Shown piece after piece: positions 16,966 through 23,627 of a stretch of 32,000 bases of DNA (its first letter is position 1; each line of letters begins with the position of its first letter). The notes under the pieces were generated by a model, which searched no databases, was not told where the DNA came from, and worked only from the letters and a program-made list of their open reading frames with translations. Origin of the DNA: Erysipelotrichaceae bacterium OH741_COT-311 (lineage in GTDB: Bacteria; Bacillota_I; Bacilli_A; Erysipelotrichales; Erysipelotrichaceae). Location: the NCBI GenBank assembly GCA_003858585.1, contig RQZE01000002.1, forward strand, positions 120,001-152,000, in the 5' to 3' direction. Made by a program: the position numbers and the translations under genes.

Positions 16966-18471
16966 ATGTATAAGGTGATGAAACGTGATGGTTCCATTAG
17001 TGAGTTTAAGTTAGATAAAATTATTGATGCGATTACAAAGGCTTTTATTGCGACGGATATTGAATATTCAAAAGATGTGATTGATGTTTTAGCTTTAAAA
17101 GTAACGGCAGATTTTGCAAGTAAAATTGTTGATCATAGTATTGCGGTTGAAGATATTCAGGATAGTGTAGAGTCTGTACTAGGTTTTTGTGGATATGGGA
17201 ATGTTGCGAAAAAGTATATTTTATATCGTAAAAATCGTGAGAAAAAGCGCAATATGAAGTCTAGTGTAGAGCAATTTAAACGTATTGTAAACGAGTACTT
17301 TAGTGATTCCAGTTGTATTAATCTTTCTACCGGTGGCTTATCGGATTACAATGCGAAATTGATTGTACATAATTATTGGATGAATGATGTCTTTACAAAC
17401 GATGTTGTTATGGCGATTGAAAAAGGTTATTTAGAAGTAAAGAATTTAGATACTTTAAGTTTTAATCAAGCTTGTTTTAATTTAGAAACTTTGATGAATC
17501 AGGGGCTGGGAATTGAACATCAAGTCTTTGCCAAACCGGCTAAACATGTGGATTCATTCTTACATCAATTGATTAACTTTATTAATATTGTGCAGTATGA
17601 ATGGAATCAACCTTTAATCTTTAAACATTTTGATCGTTATTTAGCTGCTTTTGTTAAGAAGGATCAAGTAAGTAAAGAAGCATTAAAAAAACATTTAGAA
17701 ATGTTTATTTTTGGAATTAACTATCCAACCTATTATGGTATTAAACATCCTAAGTGTATCTTACAGTTTGATGTTACGGTAGATAATACATTAGGGAAAA
17801 AGAAGTGTGTGATTGCACAGGAAACAATGGCATTTACATATCAAGAGCTTCAAGAAGAAATGGATTGTATTCATGAAGTTTTATTAGAGATTCTATTGGA
17901 AAAAGATGGAATGGGATCTCGTTTTAAAAATCCAATCTTGGTGTATCCAATGCAAAGTTTTCCTCTTTCTGATGCAGTATATCGTTTTGCAATGGAGCAT
18001 AGCAATCAAGTCATTTTTCAAAAGGAAGAGGTAGTAAAAGGACAACTTGTAGAAGTAATTGTACATACGGATGAACAAGTATCTTTATATACAGAATTAG
18101 CAATTAAGTTAATTGAAGATCGTAAAGCAGTGATACAAAAACTATATGATGAGTGTTTATATCCATACAGTTATAAATATTTAGATTGCATTGATTATGA
18201 AAGTCATATTATGTTTTATAAAGAAATAAAACAAGAAGTACTTCAAGCTTTACAAGCAAATACTTCTAATGATATTCGATTTATACAATGTATTCATAAT
18301 GAGAGTAATAATGCGCTAGATCTTTTAGAAAAGTATAAAGATCATCCTTATGTTGATTGTGTATCGATTCCTATTTTAGAAAAGGGAATACAGTTAAAGT
18401 CGTTTAAAGCATTTGTTGATGTATTACAAACACAGTATCCTTATAAGGCTTATCGTTTTACGCAAAAATAA
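16966..18471 (+). CDS. ATP-cone domain protein with NrdD-like (class III RNR) body lacking the catalytic Cys loop, Zn ribbon and glycyl-radical motif
   Basis: 501 aa. ATP-cone VMKRDGSISEFKLDKIIDAI...AKKYILYRKNREKK. NrdD-like segments VVMAIEKGYLEVKNLD, NQACFNLETLMNQG, FKNPILVYPM, IQCIHNESNNAL. The protein ends ...KAYRFTQK with no RVCGY-type motif or CxxC pairs. Starts 2 nt after the upstream stop. Confidence 0.75.
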   Translation: MYKVMKRDGSISEFKLDKIIDAITKAFIATDIEYSKDVIDVLALKVTADFASKIVDHSIAVEDIQDSVESVLGFCGYGNVAKKYILYRKNREKKRNMKSSVEQFKRIVNEYFSDSSCINLSTGGLSDYNAKLIVHNYWMNDVFTNDVVMAIEKGYLEVKNLDTLSFNQACFNLETLMNQGLGIEHQVFAKPAKHVDSFLHQLINFINIVQYEWNQPLIFKHFDRYLAAFVKKDQVSKEALKKHLEMFIFGINYPTYYGIKHPKCILQFDVTVDNTLGKKKCVIAQETMAFTYQELQEEMDCIHEVLLEILLEKDGMGSRFKNPILVYPMQSFPLSDAVYRFAMEHSNQVIFQKEEVVKGQLVEVIVHTDEQVSLYTELAIKLIEDRKAVIQKLYDECLYPYSYKYLDCIDYESHIMFYKEIKQEVLQALQANTSNDIRFIQCIHNESNNALDLLEKYKDHPYVDCVSIPILEKGIQLKSFKAFVDVLQTQYPYKAYRFTQK

Positions 18472-18493
18472 AAGGACGTTCAAGTCCTTTTTT
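18470..18493. terminator. Bidirectional terminator between convergent genes
   Basis: AAAGGAC (18471-18477) GTTCAA GTCCTTT (18484-18490), flanked by A-rich and T-rich runs. Confidence 0.8.
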
Positions 18494-19037
18494 AGTGTGT
18501 TACAAATTCTTTTCCACGAGGGAGTGTTACTTCAATGGATTCTACTTCTAAAAATAAGTTTGTATAACCATCTTCTTTTTCTAAGTAGGGTTTTCCTGTG
18601 ACCTTAATCCATTCTTTATCAGGCAAATCTTGTGGTTCAATGTTGAGTAAGAAACCTCCCCATCCATCATTACCACAACATCCCGGTCCTTCTCGAAAGA
18701 CCACCGGTACTACTTTTGATTTATCTTCATTGCTAAAAAGGGTATACATACCTTCTACGACAATGGTTTTATTTTCATAGTCTGAAAAGTTATAGTAGAT
18801 ATCATTGATTTGTGACAAAAAGAGTTTTTCAGTGACCACAATGATATTGGAATCAACTGTTTTATGGATTTCATTGGTCATCAAGGGAACACTGATGTTG
18901 TTTTGTTCTTTTGAGTTTTTTTGGTAACTTGTTAATTGTTTTTCATAATCTGGAGCGATGTTAAAGCCTTGTTTTTTAGGCTGTTCACTACATGCACTAA
19001 GTAAGAGTATGAAAATCAACAGTAATTTTTTAACCAT
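18492..19037 (-). CDS. Lipoprotein with DUF1980/TIGR03943-like C-terminal domain (CCxxD motif), last gene of the zinc-uptake operon
   Basis: 181 aa. Lipobox LLSAC-SE. The C-terminal stretch VVEGMY...VVFREGPGCCGNDGWGGFLL...EWIKVTGKP...LEVESIE resembles the conserved C-terminal domain of YcgQ-type DUF1980 proteins. Overlaps znuB by 8 nt. Confidence 0.6.
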   Translation of the reverse strand: MVKKLLLIFILLLSACSEQPKKQGFNIAPDYEKQLTSYQKNSKEQNNISVPLMTNEIHKTVDSNIIVVTEKLFLSQINDIYYNFSDYENKTIVVEGMYTLFSNEDKSKVVPVVFREGPGCCGNDGWGGFLLNIEPQDLPDKEWIKVTGKPYLEKEDGYTNLFLEVESIEVTLPRGKEFVTH

Positions 19038-19860
19038 GAATCATTCCACCTTTAATTACATTAATTATAGAATAAATAATGAAAAAGACAATATGACATA
19101 ATACGATACTGGCACCTGTTGGCGTTGCATAAAGATAAGATACACTCATACCGATGATTAATGAAATCACAGAAATTATAGAAGAGTTAATAATAACCGC
19201 TTTAAAGTTTTTCGCAAGACGCATAGATGTCAAAGCTGGAAATACAATTAAGCTTGTGATGAGTAGTGATCCCATCATACGCATACCAAGAACAATGACT
19301 AAGGCTGTTAATATCGCAATCAGCATATTATATGCAGAGGCATTTGTACCTGTTGCTTTGGCGAAATTTTCATCAAAGGTAACGGCAAAGATACGATTAT
19401 AAAATAAGATAAAAGTTACTAAAACAACGATTGAAAGTAGAATGCTTAAGTTTACATCACTTTTTGTCATACTTAAGATTGATCCAAATAAGTAATTGCA
19501 TACTTCTGTATTCATACCTCGTGTCATAGAGATTACCATGACTCCAATGGCAAGGGATCCTGTTGAAATAATGGCAATGGCAGAGTCACCTTTGATTTTT
19601 GAGTTGTCTGAGATGCGTAATAGTAAAAAGGCAGCTAAGACCACAATTGGAATGGATACATATAAGGGTGATAAGTTCAATACACTTGCTACAGCTAAAG
19701 AACCAAAGCCGACGTGAGATAATCCATCTCCAATCATAGCGTATTTCTTTAAGACAAGTGAGACTCCAAGTAAGGAACAACATAAGGAAATTAAGATTCC
19801 GACGATGAAGGCTCTTGTCATAAAGGGATAATTAAACATTTCAAATAACACGTTAAGCAT
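19030..19860 (-). CDS. znuB: Metal (zinc) ABC transporter permease
   Basis: Start at ATG 19860 (MLNVLFEMF), 7 nt after GGAGGA; the tracked start at 19875 is the TTG inside that RBS. About 8 TM segments, ZnuB/AdcB/MntB-type fold. Overlaps the znuC stop. Confidence 0.88.
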   Translation of the reverse strand: MLNVLFEMFNYPFMTRAFIVGILISLCCSLLGVSLVLKKYAMIGDGLSHVGFGSLAVASVLNLSPLYVSIPIVVLAAFLLLRISDNSKIKGDSAIAIISTGSLAIGVMVISMTRGMNTEVCNYLFGSILSMTKSDVNLSILLSIVVLVTFILFYNRIFAVTFDENFAKATGTNASAYNMLIAILTALVIVLGMRMMGSLLITSLIVFPALTSMRLAKNFKAVIINSSIISVISLIIGMSVSYLYATPTGASIVLCHIVFFIIYSIINVIKGGMIHG

Positions 19861-20563
19861 GGCTCGATCCTCCAATAAATGATTGTCCTATTGGACTTTC
19901 GATGTATTCTTGTGTAGTACCAAAGAATAGTTGTTGATAGTTAATGTGTAAGATTTTATCTGCTTGGTTTACGGCTTGTTTAATATCATGTGAAACCATA
20001 ATGATAGTTGTGTGTAGCTCTTTGTTAATTTTACGAATAATTTGATAGAGTTCTTGACTCATAATAGGATCTAATCCCGCTGTTGGTTCATCTAAAATAA
20101 TTAGTTTATCACTGGCACATAAACAGCGAGCTAGTAAAACACGTTGTTGTTGTCCACCGGATAGCTCTCTAAAACTTTTATGTTTCAAATGATTGATTTG
20201 TAAAATTTCTAAGTAGTGTTGTACAAGTTGTTTCTCTTTTTTACGATAGAAAGGCAAGTGTCCTAAACGGTTTAAACATCCAGATAACACCACTTCATAA
20301 ACACTAGCCGGAAAGTCTTTTTGATTTAAACTTTGTTGTGGTAAGTATCCAATTTGATTACGTTTAATATGATTGCCTAAGGTATAACTACCACTTACGG
20401 GTTTCTTTAAATTGAGGATGCCTTTAATTAATGTGCTTTTCCCGGCACCATTTTCTCCGACAATGCAAACATAGTCGCCATCTTCAATTGAAAAATTTAA
20501 ATCTTTAACAGCAATATGTCCATCGTATGCATATGCTAGGTTTTCACATCTAATTAAACTCAT
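19853..20563 (-). CDS. znuC: Metal (zinc) ABC transporter ATP-binding protein
   Basis: 236 aa. Walker A GENGAGKST, signature LSGGQQQRV, Walker B LIILDEPTAGLD, H-loop VSHD. Confidence 0.9.
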   Translation of the reverse strand: MSLIRCENLAYAYDGHIAVKDLNFSIEDGDYVCIVGENGAGKSTLIKGILNLKKPVSGSYTLGNHIKRNQIGYLPQQSLNQKDFPASVYEVVLSGCLNRLGHLPFYRKKEKQLVQHYLEILQINHLKHKSFRELSGGQQQRVLLARCLCASDKLIILDEPTAGLDPIMSQELYQIIRKINKELHTTIIMVSHDIKQAVNQADKILHINYQQLFFGTTQEYIESPIGQSFIGGSSHA

Positions 20564-20577
20564 AGATTCTCCTTTAA

Positions 20578-21702
20578 CTAATTCAATGCTTTTTTTAATA
20601 CTTCAACGTTTTGTTTCATAATATCAACATAAGTAATACCTTGTTCAAATTCATCAGGTGTTACATTATGTGCTGAATTTAACACTAATTTCTTTGTATT
20701 TGTTGCTTCAACGATAGAGTCTGCGATTTTTTCGTTTGAAAGTTCAATTGTAAATACAACTGGAACTTGAAGCTCTTGTACTTTATCAATTAAGAAAGAA
20801 ACAGTTGCTGCACTTGCTTCGGAGTCGTTTGAACATCCTGAAAAGGCTGCATAGTATTCTAGTCCATATTCATCTGCAAAATATCGAAATGGGAAACGAT
20901 CTCCAAAGATTACTGTTTTTGATTTGCTGTTTTTCACGACATCTTTAATTTGTGTATCTACAGCTTTTAACTCTTCTAAGTAGTTTTTACTGTTTTCTAA
21001 ATAAAAGTCTTTATTTTTTTCATCAAGTTCTACTAATTCCTCTGTAATCGATTCAACAATTGTCATCGCATTGACAACACTAGTCCAAACGTGTTCATCG
21101 ATTTCACCTGTTAATTCAACCACATTACTTTTTGTAGGTGCATCCTGTTTTTTATCGTGATTATGATCGTGGTCACCATGTTCATGCTCATCATGACTGT
21201 GATTGTGTTCGTCATGTTCATGCTCATCATGACTGTGATTGTGATCATCGTGACTGTGATCATCTTCTTTGTGTCCATGATCGTGGTCACCATGTCCATG
21301 GTCATGGTCGTGGTCATGTTGCATACCTTCTACTAATTCTTCTTCTACAACATGCACCACATCAATTAATTTTAAAGTATGTGGTTGTTTCTCTAATCCT
21401 TCAAAGATGCTTTCAATCCAAACGTCATTTTCACCACCTGTATAGATAAATAAGTCTGCTTCTTGAATAGTTTTAATGTCTTGTGGAGTTGGTTCGTAGG
21501 TATGACTTTCAGCTCCCGGTTTTAATAACATAATGACATTTGCTTTGTCTTTGACAATTTGTCTTGTAAAGTCGTATTGAGGGAAGATGGTTGTTACAAT
21601 TGTAATTTTATCTTCATCTACATTGTTTGCTTGCTTTGGTGTACGACTACAGCCTTGTAAAACAAGAAATCCGGTTATAAGTAATGCTAGTAATTTTTTC
21701 AT
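20578..21702 (-). CDS. znuA: Zinc ABC transporter substrate-binding lipoprotein with a long His/Asp/Glu-rich loop
   Basis: Start at ATG 21702 (MKKLLALL) after GGAGGAA. Lipobox VLQGC-S, cluster-9 SBP fold. ~55-aa loop HDHDHDHGHGDHDHGHKEDDHSHDDHNHSHDEHEHDEHNHSHDEHEHGDHDHNHD. Lies directly downstream of zur. Confidence 0.9.
   Translation of the reverse strand: MKKLLALLITGFLVLQGCSRTPKQANNVDEDKITIVTTIFPQYDFTRQIVKDKANVIMLLKPGAESHTYEPTPQDIKTIQEADLFIYTGGENDVWIESIFEGLEKQPHTLKLIDVVHVVEEELVEGMQHDHDHDHGHGDHDHGHKEDDHSHDDHNHSHDEHEHDEHNHSHDEHEHGDHDHNHDKKQDAPTKSNVVELTGEIDEHVWTSVVNAMTIVESITEELVELDEKNKDFYLENSKNYLEELKAVDTQIKDVVKNSKSKTVIFGDRFPFRYFADEYGLEYYAAFSGCSNDSEASAATVSFLIDKVQELQVPVVFTIELSNEKIADSIVEATNTKKLVLNSAHNVTPDEFEQGITYVDIMKQNVEVLKKALN
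21177..21243 (-). repeat. 36-nt-period tandem repeat inside the znuA His-rich loop
   Basis: 31-nt exact direct repeat CATGTTCATGCTCATCATGACTGTGATTGTG at 21177-21207 and 21213-21243 (+ strand), coding HNHSHDEHEH twice. A further 19-nt repeat ATGATCGTGGTCACCATGT occurs at 21163-21181 and 21277-21295. Confidence 0.9.
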
Positions 21703-21713
21703 TTCTTTTCCTC

Positions 21714-22112
21714 CTATCTGCATGCTTTGCAGAGTCCATATAATACTGTTTTCATTGTGTTTAAACGAAATCCGTGATTGGCATCAAGATGCTTTGCAAC
21801 CTTTTCTAATGAATGGCAATGAATATGAAATAAAGTGCCACATTGTTCACACTTGAAGTGATAGCAAAGATGGCAGTGGTTATGACTTCCAACATATTCA
21901 AAATATGCTCCTTTTCCATCCAATTGGTATTTGCTAACCAGTCCTTCTTCAACTAGCTTTTCTAGATGACGGTAGATGGTTGTCTGGCCAATCGTAATTT
22001 CTTTATTTTGGAAATATTTTTGAATATCCATAACTGTAATGTGACTTCCTTTTGTATCACTTAAGTAGGAAATAAGCAATTCTTTTTGCTTGGTTTTGTA
22101 TGGTGCTTTCAT
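21714..22112 (-). CDS. zur: Fur-family metalloregulator, Zur-like
   Basis: 132 aa. wHTH (TTIYRHLEKLVEEGLV), His/Cys cluster HNHCHLCYHFKCEQCG and C-terminal CKAC. First gene of the znu operon; its stop overlaps the znuA RBS. Confidence 0.85.
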   Translation of the reverse strand: MKAPYKTKQKELLISYLSDTKGSHITVMDIQKYFQNKEITIGQTTIYRHLEKLVEEGLVSKYQLDGKGAYFEYVGSHNHCHLCYHFKCEQCGTLFHIHCHSLEKVAKHLDANHGFRLNTMKTVLYGLCKACR

Positions 22113-22127
22113 AATACCTCCTTAATA

Positions 22128-22142
22128 TGAAAATCATTTTCA
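22128..22142 (-). promoter_or_regulatory. Perfect 7-1-7 palindrome TGAAAAT-C-ATTTTCA, candidate Zur box
   Basis: Lies 1 nt downstream of the -10 and just upstream of the zur RBS. It would overlap the transcription start. Confidence 0.65.
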
Positions 22143-22143
22143 A

Positions 22144-22172
22144 ATTATAGCACTTCATATTTTTTATGTCAA
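22144..22172 (-). promoter_or_regulatory. Consensus sigma-A promoter of the zur-znuACB operon
   Basis: On the minus strand: TTGACA (22172-22167), exact 17-nt spacer, TATAAT (22149-22144). Confidence 0.75.
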
Positions 22173-22244
22173 CGAAGAAAACTTCGTAAACATATTGTAT
22201 TCATGAAATAGTATGATAAACTAATAAGGCAAAATAGAGGATAA

Positions 22245-23627
22245 ATGAAAGTGAAGTTAAAGAAATTTATAGGGGATAAAACATTTTACATAACCGTGTT
22301 GACAGTTGCGATACCTTTGATGCTTCAACAATTGATTATCAGTTCTGTTAATTTAATTGATAACTTAATGGTAGGACAACTCGGTGATTATGCGATTGGG
22401 GCAGTAGGTACGGTTAATCGCGTATATATTATTATTTTATACGGGATTAATGGTTTAGTAGCAGCTTGTTCTATTTATATAGCTCAATATTTTGGAGCAA
22501 AGAATAAAGGGAAGATGCAGGAATCTTTTTTGATTTCTCTTCTAATATCATTTTTGTTGGTAGTTTGTTTCACCATAGTTGCCCTTGTATATCCAAAAGA
22601 AATTGTGATGTATTTTACAAAAGATGAACAAATTCTTACTTATGGTGCACAGTATCTTAAAATTGTTATTTTTAGTTTTTTACCTAATGTTTTTTCCTTA
22701 TGCATTGCCAGCGCGATACGTTCGATAGGGAAGACAAAAGCACCATTAATCATTAGTATTATAGCGGTGATTGTGAATACAATCTTGAATTATATATTAA
22801 TTTTTGGTCATTTCGGTTTCCCTTCTTTAGGGGTTAAGGGAGCAGCGTTAGCAACTGTTATAGCACGCTTTTTAGAGTTAATCATGTATGTTGTTGTGGT
22901 TAATCAAGAAGAATTTCCTAGAGTATTTCATTTTGTGAAGATTACCAAAGAATTATTGACTAAAATATTATTGAAAGCAATACCGCTTTTCTTAAATGAA
23001 ATTATTTGGACTTTTGGTATAGCGACCTTATTTAAATTCTATTCTACAAGAGGTTCTTGGGCAACCAGTGGATATTCTATTGCTTTAACCATAGCGGATA
23101 TTTTCTTTATTTTATTTAGTGGAATGGCAATCGCAACTACAGTGCTGGTATCTCAAAAATTAGGAGCCAATCATCTTGAACAAGCAAAAGAAAATGCATA
23201 TAAATTAGTTGGTTTTGGAATCTTTTTAGCCCTTGTTTTTGGAATAGGGATGTTTGCTTCTTCTTATATATTGCCTTATATTTATAATGTAACGGAAGAA
23301 ACGATGTCAGTAGCTGTTTCAATCGTACGTATTATGGGATGTTTTTATTGGATTTATATGGCTACCGCACAGTTTTATTTTATTTTACGTGCAGGTGGTG
23401 ATATGAAAAGTGCATTATTGATGGACAGCGGATTTATGTGGTTATTCAATATTCCATTAATCTATATGATTGCATATTATACAAATATCAATATAATTTT
23501 AATGTATGTTATGAGTCAAATGACAGATGTTATTAAGTTGCTATATAGTTATTTTTTAGTGAAAAAAGAAAAATGGTTAGTGAATTTAACAGTAAATGAT
23601 AAGGAGGATATTCTACATGGAAGCTAG
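22245..23627 (+). CDS. MATE family efflux transporter
   Basis: 460 aa with about 12 TM segments. N-terminal signature AIPLMLQQLIISSVNLIDNLMVGQLG is typical of MATE/NorM-type proteins. Confidence 0.88.
   Translation: MKVKLKKFIGDKTFYITVLTVAIPLMLQQLIISSVNLIDNLMVGQLGDYAIGAVGTVNRVYIIILYGINGLVAACSIYIAQYFGAKNKGKMQESFLISLLISFLLVVCFTIVALVYPKEIVMYFTKDEQILTYGAQYLKIVIFSFLPNVFSLCIASAIRSIGKTKAPLIISIIAVIVNTILNYILIFGHFGFPSLGVKGAALATVIARFLELIMYVVVVNQEEFPRVFHFVKITKELLTKILLKAIPLFLNEIIWTFGIATLFKFYSTRGSWATSGYSIALTIADIFFILFSGMAIATTVLVSQKLGANHLEQAKENAYKLVGFGIFLALVFGIGMFASSYILPYIYNVTEETMSVAVSIVRIMGCFYWIYMATAQFYFILRAGGDMKSALLMDSGFMWLFNIPLIYMIAYYTNINIILMYVMSQMTDVIKLLYSYFLVKKEKWLVNLTVNDKEDILHGS

Noticed and set aside
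16966-18471. Annotating this ORF simply as anaerobic ribonucleoside-triphosphate reductase NrdD, and 15887-16963 as its activase.
   Set aside because: The glycyl-radical motif, Zn ribbon and active-site Cys loop are not present, and the partner lacks the CxxxCxxC cluster motif. A functional class III RNR assignment is not supportable from this sequence.
21111-21449. Two overlapping His/Cys/Thr/Met-rich ORFs, in an alternative frame and antisense to znuA, which look like exotic metal-binding peptides.
   Set aside because: They are translation artefacts of the CAT/GAT-rich repeat encoding the ZnuA His-rich loop. They have no independent start signals.
22172-22187. Hairpin ACGAAG-AAAA-CTTCGT in the zur/MATE intergenic region, considered as a terminator or attenuator.
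   Set aside because: There is no U-tract on either strand and the stem is only 6 bp. It abuts the -35 of the zur promoter and is probably incidental.
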